From: Octopus vulgaris
Taxonomy: Eukaryota
Length of the DNA: 64,000 nucleotides
Reading direction: 5' to 3'
Assembly (NCBI GenBank): GCA_951406725.2
Contig: OX597823.1
Coordinates: 81,034,001-81,098,000 of the forward strand
Part shown: positions 57,401-64,000 of the stretch, in pieces
Layout: each line of letters begins with the position of its first letter
How positions within the stretch are numbered: position 1 is the first letter of the stretch
Notes under the pieces: model-generated
Told to the model about the DNA's origin: nothing
The model's input: only the letters and a program-made list of their open reading frames with translations
Database searches by the model: none
Position numbers and translations under genes: made by a program

Positions 57401-60400
57401 CAAGTAAAAGAGTAAAAGAGTCGTTACTGAACTTTAGACCTTGAATGTACCCAAAAGAGACTAAATGCTATAAAATATTTAGTCCAGTTCTCCACCATTT
57501 AGGCCAGTGGTTTTCAACCATTTTGTTCCTATGGACCCTTTTAATCCCTATTTTACTTAGGTGGACCCTCATAACCATTTAATCTTTTTAAAATCCTATT
57601 ATATTTTGATACTAGGTAGTGGGTAGCAATTTTCGTCACTACTTCAAGTAGTGACAACCCTGCCTGACACGAGTCCCGGGCTCAGCTGGCTCTAGCTGAC
57701 AGTACCCGGTATGGGCCCTAGCCAGGGTTACGGAAAAGAGACAACCTTCAAAGAAATCTGGAGTGGAGCCACATAGGCAGTTTAGTGTTCAACTCAATAC
57801 TCTTCCGGCAGCTCCTGCAACCAAACTGGTGCCAAACATAATGCTCTGCACTCCTTTGGACTACGTCAGCAAGGTCGAGAGAGGAATCCTGACGATTGGG
57901 CTACCCAGGATTTTCTTACATCTAGCCCAGGCCTGCACAAAACTGGAGAGGAAACAAAATGTAAAAACCAGACTGGATTAGTTTATGCGCAACTCCATTG
58001 TCTCCTGAGACAAAAGGATGCCAACAATATTTTGATAATTAAATATGATTAGGAATTAAATATGATTAAAAATTGTTAAAATATTTTATGCATTGAAGAA
58101 TTATAACCAATTTATTGAACAATAAATTTTAATAATAAAATCTTAAATGGACAACCATGGTTCATATGGACCCAGGTTGAGACCAACCATAGTTCATAAT
58201 GATCCTAATATCATTCAGTAACTTAGAGATTACATGTTTAGGGATGGAGGATAAAGTTGTAGTTTAGAAGGAATGAAATGATTTCAATTGTTACCCAATG
58301 CTGATGCACAAAGTCCTTTCACTAGGAGCTTGTCTCTTGTTCTCTTGCACTTTATTCAATGTTGCCTATAATTTACTATGATATATAGATACTGTATTTC
58401 AGCTAATGAAGATGAAATATCTATGTAATTCAGACTATTTTGTATCCTTGCATAAATATATTTTAAAAAATGGCTATTATCTCATAATTTCATAACAATT
58501 ACAAGACATGTAAATTTTCATTAAAAGAAAATTCTCCCCGTGTCTTAAGTGTCAAAATTATGGTAATATTTATTGTCTCTTATAAAAATATTTCAATAGA
58601 TAATTTAACTGGCACTCTGTCAGTGATGATGGCAAGGGTTCCTGTTGATCTGATCAACAGAACGGCCTACTTGTGATATTAATGTGCAAGTAGCTGAGCT
58701 CTCCACAGACATGTGCACCCTTAATGTAGTTCTCAGGGAGACTCAGCATGACACCAAGTGTAACAAGGCTGGCCCTTTGAGTCACAGGTACAACTCATTT
58801 TTGTCACATGAGTGAACTAGATTAACATGAAATACCATAAATCCTCGACTATAATCCGCATTTTTCCCCAAAATTTAATGGTCAAAATCCCTAGTGCGTA
58901 TTATACACGAGGTTAAAAATGAAAAATATTTTCTAAGCAATGTCCGAGTCTCTATTAACTTGCAGTAAGCAACATTTATTAAACGTTATTACTGATATTT
59001 CTTTATTTTCTGCAAACAAAATGCACAAAAAAGTGACACGTTTGCATTATGTTATATATACACTAATAATAAAGGACGTTACCATATACAGTTTTATAAA
59101 CCAAGGACGTTATATAGACCTCCTTGACTCAAGTTAGAGAAGGGGTGCATATTATACACAAGGTTTAGGTTTTTCAGAGTTACAGCCCCCTAAAAATCCC
59201 CTGCATATTATACTCAAGGGCAGACTATACTCGAGGACATGAAATAAAGCATCTTGATTGTGTTGCTAGGAATTGAACTCATAATTGTAAGATTGTGAGC
59301 TGAATATCCTAACCACTGAGCTATGCAACTTCACGATATCATCATCACTATCATCGTCCTCATCATTTTATTTTATTTTTATTTATTTTTATTTTTGTAT
59401 ATCAGAACTCTTTTGGGAGGATCATCTTCTACCTGTAAATCACATGAATATGAATCAGATGCCTGTGAATTGAAAAAATGTCCTCCTGATTGTCAAATTG
59501 ATGGCAAGTTTTATTACTACAATGAAAAAATTAGAGAAAATGATTGCCAAGTGTGGTAAGTCTCTGATCTTATATCATAATTTTATATAATAATTTTACA
59601 ATAACATCAGAATTAAAATATCTGAACTTAAACACTTTAGCATTTAAACCAGCTATATCCAGCCCAAATATTCTGCCTGTTTTATGTTCAAACTGGCCTG
59701 ATCCAGCCTTTCACACCTACCCTATAATGTCATTCTGAAAATAAACTTTCACATCATTGAAATTTTCAAGCTACAAGATAACATATGATTAATTCAAAAC
59801 AAATGTCAAAAATATAAGTAAAATATATTTACATCTTAGTTTTATGAATGGAAATTATACTATCCTGATAATATAATAATAATCTGTTCTTCCAAACTTA
59901 CCAATTTATCTTGCCTTTCTTTGAAATTCTTCATCACATTCATCACAAATTCTTCATTACTCCACACTCCATTTTAAAATTGTTGTTTTTAAATTCTGCC
60001 CTCCTTTGGTAAGTCTGCTTCTCTATGGAATATCTTTCCATCCCTCTTAAATATTAGCCTCTAAGTTTTCAGGATTGTTAGTAGCAACACCAATCTTATT
60101 TGAATCTTAGCCTTATAAATCAAGAGACTTTCCCATAGATTATGGATAATATTCTACAGGGTGGTCTGAATGTCTTGTTACCTCCTATATATTGTTTATT
60201 ATTGTCATTATTATAATTATTTTTTGTTTTAGCATAGCCCCCCCCCCCCCATGTAATGATTTGGGTCACCATATCGAGTAAGCACCTGGTAGGACCCTAT
60301 CTTTTCGAGGGCACTATTAACCAGCAATCTTACTTGGACATGTCAGTTTTTATTGAGACATATGTATGTATGTATGTATGTATGTTATTGCTTACTGAGG

Positions 60401-60860
60401 TTAGATTATATTTCAAAGTTTCAATACAACTGTTCTCTTCTATAACAGTTCCACTGTAAACAAAACTCTTCACTTATGCCAGTTATTCAGGTTATTCTTT
60501 TAGATTAATAAATGATGGCTTGACTGGGTTTCTTTTTTTTTTTTTTTTTGCTTTTTACTTTTTTTTTTACTTTTCGTTCCTATAAACTTATAAAATCTAA
60601 ATTAAAGAATTTAACTGACAAATATATTTCATCTAGTTACTGTAGAGAATCTGCAGAAAAATGTGAACCACTTCCATTCTCTAATGGTAAGTTTTTATTT
60701 TCCTCTTTTGTTATAAAATATTAAGTTTCACCATTACCACCATCATCTCCACCACTACCATCAATACTACCACCACCACCACCAGGTGCTGTTAGATCTA
60801 AAACTTTTGGAAATATTATAATCATGCTAACTATGCTTACTTCTGATTTTATGTTAAGAA

Positions 60861-60891
<31 letters not shown>

Positions 60892-62101
60892 ATATATTGA
60901 GTTTATAAGAGGTAATGGTGTCATTGAAACCCAAAGGTATCAGGTAATGCTAAATAAGTGCTATAGACAGACAATAGTTAAGTTCCAGGTTTGGTGATTT
61001 TGTGAATAAGGGATTCAACATTGGTCATATGTCAGCGTTTGTATATAAGAATTTTTTGCATAATGGGATAAAAAGACCAAGGCTGTGTAGATATTAGAAC
61101 ATTTATACTTGGAATGAACAATTTTAAATACTGTTGGATTTTCCTAATAAGTTATTGGAATCTTACATATATACCATTCTGCTTAAAAAATGGATCTACA
61201 AATTCAATATCCCTACATATCTCATATTTATTTTCTTTCCTCCACCTCACTCTCTATTTTGTATCCTATCTAAATTAATTATTACTTAACCATCCTCTCA
61301 CACTGTCTCTGATGAAGGGATATAATTAATAAATATCCTTGGAAACAGCTGTAAGATCTTCTATCTATAAATGTTCTAATATCTATAAAGCCTTGGGTTT
61401 TTTTTATCTCATTACGCAAAAAATTCTTATATATATGTATATGATTTATAATTATAATTAAGGGTACCAAATAGTATCAGTGTTGCTAGAAATAAGAGTT
61501 GAAAAATACTCAACTAAGCCACAATATCACTGAAAATTCAATAAGCTGACAAAATTGATTTTGTCAGCTTCTTAATGTCAACCACTTTGAGAATGTAATG
61601 GATGCTTTTACGTGCCACTGGCACAGGTGCCAGTTCAGGGGAAACCAGTGTCTGCCACAATTACGATTTCACTTGGCTTGATGAATCTTCTTCTCAAGTA
61701 CAGCATATTGCCAAAGGTCTTGGTTTGCAACACATATGATTCCTCTAATAGTTATAGCTGTTACGAGGAAGATTACCATTTCTTCATAATATTTGGCGGG
61801 ATTTGAAATTTGAGATTGAAATTAAGACATTATAAGGAAAATCATGCATAGAATTCACATATTTGATTTTTTTGTTATTTAATACGAAGTTCTTAAAATA
61901 TTTTTTTTATTCGTGGAATCTTCTAATTTCTAGCAACTGCTGGTTGGAGTGACTGGACCGAATGGAGTGGATGTACTCAAACATGTCAGGGTGGAATAAA
62001 CTATCGGCTTCGTTATTGCAACAATCCTCTACCACGCTGTGGAGCAGCACCATGCAAGGGATTACCCTTAGAACAGAAAACTTGTAATGAAAAGATAGCA
62101 T
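864..62101 (+). CDS. Partial multi-exon gene (41 exons in window; no start or stop seen): SCO-spondin/hemocytin-like extracellular protein with >=10 tandem discoidin(F5/8C)-like domains, then TSP1, TIL and VWC-like modules
   Basis: All 41 exons have AG/GT boundaries and compatible phases, giving one open frame of 1902 codons. TSP1 (WxxWxxC, CxxS/TCxxG, RxR), TIL (10 Cys) and CxxCxC VWC-like motifs are visible. Family name is inferred from domain architecture. Confidence 0.88.
1050..1760 (-). mobile_element. Decayed CR1/L2-type LINE RT C-terminal fragment
   Basis: Minus strand encodes [17 protein letters not shown] (typical YKxxVRPxxEYxxxxW); frame broken; ends approximate. Confidence 0.6.
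2161..2411 (+). CDS. Exon A1, N-half of discoidin-like repeat (ESWCVMNDG...ILSDGQ; 251 nt, phase 1-0)
   Basis: aatacag|AATCC...GGACAG|gtaaat; open frame; repeated 9x. Confidence 0.93.
2495..2975 (-). mobile_element. Decayed RLE-type (R4/Dong-like) non-LTR retrotransposon fragment
   Basis: [18 protein letters not shown]...KILWD resembles the RHD and KILWD motifs preceding the restriction-like endonuclease. Confidence 0.65.
3772..3922 (+). CDS. Exon B1, C-half of discoidin-like repeat ([11 protein letters not shown]...MLGCFES; 151 nt, phase 0-1)
   Basis: tctacag|AATACC...GAATCAC|gtaagt. Confidence 0.93.
4221..4253 (+). CDS. Micro-exon C2 ([10 protein letters not shown])
   Basis: ctgtag|...CAG|gtatgc; 33 nt. 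Confidence 0.9.
5620..5870 (+). CDS. Exon A2
   Basis: aatacag|...GGAAAG|gtaaat; 251 nt. Confidence 0.93.
6412..6852 (-). mobile_element. tRNA-derived SINE family 1 with internal (CA)/(TA) tract
   Basis: A/B-box head on - strand; TSD TTCAT (6407-6411/6853-6857); inserted into an older AT-rich MITE-like repeat. Confidence 0.85.
7049..7199 (+). CDS. Exon B2
   Basis: ctacag|...TCAC|gtgagt; 151 nt. Confidence 0.93.
7341..7373 (+). CDS. Micro-exon C3 ([10 protein letters not shown])
   Basis: ctccag|...CAG|gtatgt; 33 nt. Confidence 0.9.
7571..7986 (+). mobile_element. Non-autonomous Helitron-like element
   Basis: A|TC start, subterminal hairpin CCCGAGCAATGCCGGG, CTAG|T end; second copy at 20412-20795. 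Confidence 0.8.
9688..9938 (+). CDS. Exon A3
   Basis: atgtag|...GGACGG|gtaaat; 251 nt. Confidence 0.93.
10250..10327 (-). ncRNA. Degenerate Penelope-type hammerhead-like motif
   Basis: - strand GAC-CTGACGA-[long stem II]-GAAA-TACGTG-TA-GTC; adjacent inverted repeat 10317-10406. Confidence 0.4.
10546..10696 (+). CDS. Exon B3
   Basis: ctacag|...TCAC|gtaagt; 151 nt. Confidence 0.93.
11139..11171 (+). CDS. Micro-exon C4 ([10 protein letters not shown])
   Basis: cttcag|...CAG|gtatgt; 33 nt. Confidence 0.9.
11447..11697 (+). CDS. Exon A4
   Basis: atacag|...GGACAG|gtaaat; 251 nt. Confidence 0.93.
12094..12181. mobile_element. 88-bp hAT-like MITE inserted in a SINE head
   Basis: CAGTGTTTTTCAAAC / GTTTGGAAAATGCTG TIRs; perfect 8-bp TSD ATTTAGTG. 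Confidence 0.8.
12889..14139 (+). mobile_element. Full-length (1251 bp) decayed mariner transposon (DD34D family)
   Basis: About 39-bp imperfect TIRs and TA TSDs; transposase relic ~13071-14063 with [22 protein letters not shown] and [10 protein letters not shown] motifs; stops and frameshifts. Confidence 0.92.
14216..14366 (+). CDS. Exon B4 ([11 protein letters not shown]...; not in ORF track)
   Basis: ttacag|...TCCC|gtaagt; 151 nt. Confidence 0.93.
15296..15535. repeat. Compound (TG)/(TA)/(TATG) microsatellite
   Basis: Direct inspection. Confidence 0.95.
16595..16627 (+). CDS. Micro-exon C5 ([10 protein letters not shown])
   Basis: ttctag|AGTCTAC...CAG|gtacgt; 33 nt. Confidence 0.9.
16985..17192. 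mobile_element. hAT-like MITE
   Basis: CAGGGTTTCCCAA / TTGGGAACCACTG termini; imperfect 8-bp flank duplication. Confidence 0.6.
17840..18034 (-). mobile_element. tRNA-derived SINE family 2, partial
   Basis: Reverse complement of GGAGGxGCAATGGCCCAGTGGTTAGGGCAGCGGACTCG head. Confidence 0.75.
18569..18819 (+). CDS. Exon A5
   Basis: atacag|...GGACGG|gtaaat; 251 nt. Confidence 0.93.
19422..19832 (-). mobile_element. tRNA-derived SINE family 1
   Basis: High similarity to 6412-6852. Confidence 0.85.
20412..20795 (+). mobile_element. Non-autonomous Helitron-like element, copy 2
   Basis: TC start, CCCGAGCAACGCCGGG hairpin, CTAG|T end. Confidence 0.8.
21211..21361 (+). CDS. Exon B5
   Basis: ctgcag|...TCAC|gtaagt; 151 nt. 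Confidence 0.93.
21580..21612 (+). CDS. Micro-exon C6 ([10 protein letters not shown])
   Basis: ctatag|...CAG|gtatgt; 33 nt. Confidence 0.9.
21695..22238 (+). mobile_element. Internally deleted mariner derivative
   Basis: TIRs TGAGGTCTGGTCAAAAAGTAT / ATATTTTTTGGTCAGACCTCA; relic VITGNKSWV and SEGNYFKGD* peptides. Confidence 0.75.
23650..23900 (+). CDS. Exon A6
   Basis: atacag|...GGACAG|gtaaat; 251 nt. Confidence 0.93.
24303..24749 (+). mobile_element. hAT-like non-autonomous element
   Basis: CAGTGCTGGATTAA start; TSD GTAATACC/GTAATATC; inverted copy at 47751-48518. Confidence 0.75.
25265..25415 (+). CDS. Exon B6 (not in ORF track)
   Basis: ctacag|AACACC...GCAC|gtaagt; 151 nt. Confidence 0.93.
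25601..25630 (+). CDS. Micro-exon C7 (STTPAATAT; 30 nt, one-codon deletion)
   Basis: ctgcag|...CAG|gtatga; frame preserved. Confidence 0.88.
26511..26761 (+). CDS. Exon A7
   Basis: atacag|...GGACGG|gtaaat; 251 nt. Confidence 0.93.
27225..27375 (+). CDS. Exon B7 (not in ORF track)
   Basis: ttacag|...GCAC|gtaagt; 151 nt. Confidence 0.93.
28511..28543 (+). CDS. Micro-exon C8 ([10 protein letters not shown])
   Basis: ctctag|...CTG|gtaagt; 33 nt. Confidence 0.9.
28594..28820 (+). mobile_element. SINE family 4 (GAGCTGGCAGAATC...GTTCAAATTC...GACTTTGCCTTTCATCC)
   Basis: B-box-like GAGTTCAAATTC; copies near 20085(-), 40740, 49730 (internally triplicated), 53445, 53790, 55495. Confidence 0.75.
28897..29222 (-). 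mobile_element. tRNA-derived SINE family 3
   Basis: Reverse complement of 47836-48169. Confidence 0.8.
31270..31520 (+). CDS. Exon A8
   Basis: aaacag|...GGGAAG|gtaaat; 251 nt. Confidence 0.93.
31675..32958. mobile_element. Tc1/mariner-like MITE shell with nested retroposons
   Basis: TA-flanked imperfect TIRs TAGTGTGGGCCACAGTTCATGACT / AGTCGTGAATTCTGGCCCACCCTG. Confidence 0.6.
33310..33460 (+). CDS. Exon B8
   Basis: taacag|AATTCC...TCAC|gtaagt; 151 nt. Confidence 0.93.
33953..33985 (+). CDS. Micro-exon C9 ([10 protein letters not shown])
   Basis: ctttag|...CAG|gtatgt; 33 nt. Confidence 0.9.
34096..34408 (+). mobile_element. tRNA-derived SINE family 2, full length
   Basis: A-box TGGCCCAGTGG; 9-bp TSD TATGTTTAA; absent from the paralogous C4-A4 intron. 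Confidence 0.88.
34564..34814 (+). CDS. Exon A9
   Basis: aaacag|...GGACAG|gtaaga; 251 nt. Confidence 0.93.
35461..35935 (-). mobile_element. tRNA-derived SINE family 1
   Basis: Similarity to other copies. Confidence 0.85.
36015..36165 (+). CDS. Exon B9 ([11 protein letters not shown]...GCFEL; not in ORF track)
   Basis: ctacag|...TTAC|gtaagc; 151 nt. Confidence 0.93.
36421..37296 (-). mobile_element. 5'-truncated CR1-type LINE with open RT C-terminal ORF
   Basis: [35 protein letters not shown] and NTRGH motifs; stop at 36488; (ATT)n tail. Confidence 0.9.
37607..37929 (-). mobile_element. tRNA-derived SINE family 2, full length
   Basis: 13-bp TSD TTACCTTGTGTTA; inverted relative to 34096-34408. 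Confidence 0.88.
38042..38462 (-). mobile_element. tRNA-derived SINE family 1
   Basis: Similarity to other copies. Confidence 0.85.
38817..39310. mobile_element. Head-to-head inverted pair of a tRNA-headed, hammerhead-bearing repeat
   Basis: Arms 38817-38995 and 39010-39218; A-box TAGTGTAGTGG, B-box AGTTCGATTCC; CTGATGA..GAAAC core in each arm. Confidence 0.7.
39469..39725 (+). CDS. Exon A10, divergent discoidin-like N-half ([24 protein letters not shown]...GWKSD...FDGNHSIK)
   Basis: ttgaag|AGCCA...TTAAG|gttagt; 257 nt, phase 1-0; aligns to exon A protein. Confidence 0.88.
39744..40153 (-). mobile_element. tRNA-derived SINE family 1
   Basis: Similarity to other copies; begins about 20 nt after the exon A10 donor. 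Confidence 0.85.
41375..41507 (+). CDS. Exon B10, divergent C-half ([14 protein letters not shown]...[10 protein letters not shown])
   Basis: ctttaaag|GGAAAT...AAAT|gtaagt; 133 nt, phase 0-1; aligns to exon B protein. Confidence 0.88.
42646..42726 (+). CDS. Pro/Glu-rich linker exon ([27 protein letters not shown])
   Basis: cttaaaag|...GAAG|gtaatg; 81 nt, phase 1-1, open. Confidence 0.7.
44570..44611 (+). CDS. Short linker exon ([14 protein letters not shown])
   Basis: ttttag|...TCAG|gtaagt; 42 nt, phase 1-1, open. Confidence 0.7.
45330..45715 (+). mobile_element. tRNA-derived SINE family 1
   Basis: B-box GGTTCAGTCCC; + orientation. Confidence 0.85.
45779..45950 (+). CDS. Acidic exon leading into VWC-like module (VCTFDKCTF...INVACTQ)
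   Basis: tttcag|...CAATG|gtaaga; 172 nt, phase 1-2. Confidence 0.87.
46259..46670 (+). mobile_element. tRNA-derived SINE family 1
   Basis: A/B-box head; GTAAAAGA tail. Confidence 0.85.
47751..48518 (-). mobile_element. hAT-like element with nested SINE family 3 (47836-48169, +)
   Basis: CAGGGCCGGATTAA / TTAATCTAGCACTG TIRs; perfect 8-bp TSD TCCATATG. Confidence 0.85.
48875..48921 (+). CDS. VWC-like C-part ([16 protein letters not shown])
   Basis: tttcag|...GAGG|gtgagt; 47 nt, phase 2-1; completes CxxCxC. Confidence 0.88.
50236..50394 (+). CDS. TSP1 exon ([25 protein letters not shown]...CNIKICH)
   Basis: tttcag|...CACG|gtaatc; 159 nt, phase 1-1; TSP1 motifs. Confidence 0.92.
52010..52295 (+). 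mobile_element. tRNA-derived SINE related to family 2
   Basis: TGGCCTAGTAG A-box, GGTTCGAATTTC B-box, shared 3' GAAACCGGGAAAC. Confidence 0.75.
52375..52542 (+). CDS. Atypical 4-Cys TSP1 exon ([10 protein letters not shown]...IRKRTC...; not in ORF track)
   Basis: atcaag|...ACTA|gtaagt; 168 nt, phase 1-1. Confidence 0.9.
53654..53788. repeat. Compound (ATT)(AGT)(AGC) trinucleotide microsatellite
   Basis: Direct inspection. Confidence 0.95.
54477..54720 (+). CDS. TIL-domain exon ([18 protein letters not shown]...GCHCPAG...CVPIDKCPC)
   Basis: ttctag|...GAATG|gtaaat; 244 nt, phase 1-2; 10-Cys TIL spacing. Confidence 0.92.
55985..56031 (+). CDS. VWC/TILa-like C-part ([16 protein letters not shown])
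   Basis: aaacag|...AACT|gtaagg; 47 nt, phase 2-1. Confidence 0.87.
56152..56227 (+). CDS. TSP1 N-part ([25 protein letters not shown])
   Basis: ttgtag|...TATAC|gtaaat; 76 nt, phase 1-2. Confidence 0.88.
57000..57421 (+). mobile_element. tRNA-derived SINE family 1
   Basis: TGGCTGTGTGG A-box, GGTTCAGTCCC B-box, (GTAAAAGA)n tail. Confidence 0.87.
58835..59236. mobile_element. pogo/Tigger-like MITE nested in a SINE
   Basis: CCTCGACTATAATCCGC / GCAGACTATACTCGAGG inverted ends; ACATGAAATA repeated on both flanks. Confidence 0.55.
59406..59555 (+). CDS. TSP1 C-part plus start of VWC-like module ([11 protein letters not shown]...[17 protein letters not shown]...DCQV)
   Basis: tatcag|...GTGTG|gtaagt; 150 nt, phase 2-2. 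Confidence 0.9.
60637..60686 (+). CDS. VWC-like C-part ([17 protein letters not shown])
   Basis: atctag|...AATG|gtaagt; 50 nt, phase 2-1. Confidence 0.87.
61305..61357 (+). ncRNA. Minimal Penelope-type hammerhead ribozyme-like motif
   Basis: GTCT-CTGATGA-AGGGATAT..ATATCCTT-(G)GAAA-CAGCTG-TA-AGAT; stems I and II pair; palindromic stem III; GUA site. Confidence 0.6.
61934..62101 (+). CDS. TSP1 exon ([31 protein letters not shown]...CNEKIA)
   Basis: ttctag|...GCAT|gtaagt; 168 nt, phase 1-1. Confidence 0.92.
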
Positions 62102-62454
62102 GTAAGTATATTGTATGAATTGTCAGTTGATATAAAGAATTGTTTCGTATGAATAAGCATTAAATAAACATATCCTCTTTGTCATCACCATCATCATCAT
62201 TGTTTTATTGTTCACTCTTCTATGCTTGCATGAGTCAGATGGAATTTGCTGAAGCAGGCAAATTTTGTGGCCAGATGTCCTTTTAGTTACCAACCCTCAT
62301 CCATTTCCACACAAGGTAATATTGTTGGAACGTTTTTCACAGGAGACTGAAAACAAACAACATCACTTGTATGAGGGTGATGTTTGTTTACAACCATCAC
62401 AAGTGTACACACAAATACACACACACAAACATACATACATATATATATATGATA

Positions 62455-62744
<290 letters not shown>

Positions 62745-64000
62745 GGAGTGAACAAGAAGGTGTACAGCGGACACTTATTTTTTAATTGCTACAATTATTT
62801 CTGCACAACATAGTTCGTTCTCCAGCCATGCAGGTGCTTGGTTATGCAACTGCTTCCCTGCATCAGGAGATCTAGTTGTGTTTTCTCAGACGATATGCAA
62901 ATATTTTATTGTCTCTGTAAGTTCAAAGTCTTGGCTTCAAGAACATCCTCTCTGTCTGTCGTGGCCTGAATTTAGTTGTAGTCACTGAGTTTATCAGGGT
63001 GTGTTGTTGCTGAAGGGCCACCGGCACAGGGCCCAGAGGAGGCTGACAAATGGCCACGATTGGTTGGTGCTTTTTACGTGTCACCAACACGGATGCCAGT
63101 CAGGCGGCATCAGCCACATTCGGATGGTGCTTTTTACATGCCACCAGCACAGGTATTATAACTACAATTTCTATTTGATTTTTATTTTGATGTTGATGTT
63201 GACGCACTTGACTCAATAGGTCTCCTCAAGCACAGCGATATATATATATATAATACATTAAGTCAGCTTGAATCTTGCTTGGTTGCTTGATTGTTTGCTT
63301 GCAATGTTACCCAGTGAAACTGGCACATAATAGGAAAATACTATGAATTAAGTCGCCCCTGAAATATTAATATGAACGGAATAAAACAAGTTTTGCTTAA
63401 CTCAGACAGATGGTTTTTGAGATATTAGGGGTTTTCAGGGTATAAATACCCATAACGGTGCATAATGGGAAAATAACTTAATTCTGAAGGAGAAGAAACT
63501 CTTACCTTTTAATTAAACACAGAGACTTGACAATAAAAAAAATACAATTTGTTTCTTACCGTAAACATTTCTATTTTCACTTTTGTTAAACACAATATTT
63601 TAATCATTTAGAAATATTTTTAAGTGAATGTGATTTCAAAAATGTAAGTTGTTTGTACAGTAGGTATTTATACTTTAGCTTTCTTTAAACAGACAATATT
63701 TTAATGTTTTTTAAATTATTTTCAAGTAAACACCATTAAAAAATTTTATTTGGCATTTCTAAAAAATATTTCAAAGTGAAAATGACTTTAAAAATACGGT
63801 AAATATTTTGTAAAAGACCTGTTCGTAACCTTGGTGTGAAATAAATTTTTCCATAAGTTTTTTCGAGTGCATTTAACATATCTCACCTCCAAAGATTTGG
63901 CTGCAATTTCTAGCACACCCTGCTACCACATAACAGCTATTTGCAATAAAGGACCCAAAACAGCTGTTACATGGTAGCAGGGCATGCAAGAAATAGCAGC

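Overview
AT-rich, repeat-dense animal genomic DNA. The SINE families, (TA)/(CA)/(GAT) microsatellites and intron sizes look like an octopod cephalopod; this is inference, not a database result. The window lies inside one large + strand gene that lacks both its start and its stop here. I assembled 41 GT-AG exons by hand (864..62101; 5706 nt = 1902 codons) into one phase-consistent, stop-free frame. The 5' part is a tandem array of a three-exon cassette: exon A 251 nt, exon B 151 nt, and a Thr-rich micro-exon C of 30-33 nt (145 aa per unit). It encodes a compact, degenerate F5/8-type-C (discoidin)-like domain in nine near-identical copies plus one divergent tenth copy, and probably continues upstream of the window. 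The array is followed by a Pro/Glu linker and then VWC-like, TSP1, TSP1, TIL, VWC-like, TSP1, VWC-like and TSP1 modules, i.e. an SCO-spondin/hemocytin-like extracellular protein with an unusually expanded discoidin array. Introns carry tRNA-derived SINEs, a full-length decayed mariner, a CR1-type LINE with an open ORF, Helitron-like and hAT-like MITEs, and several Penelope-type hammerhead-like motifs and long palindromes. Most ORF-track entries are repeat or microsatellite artefacts.
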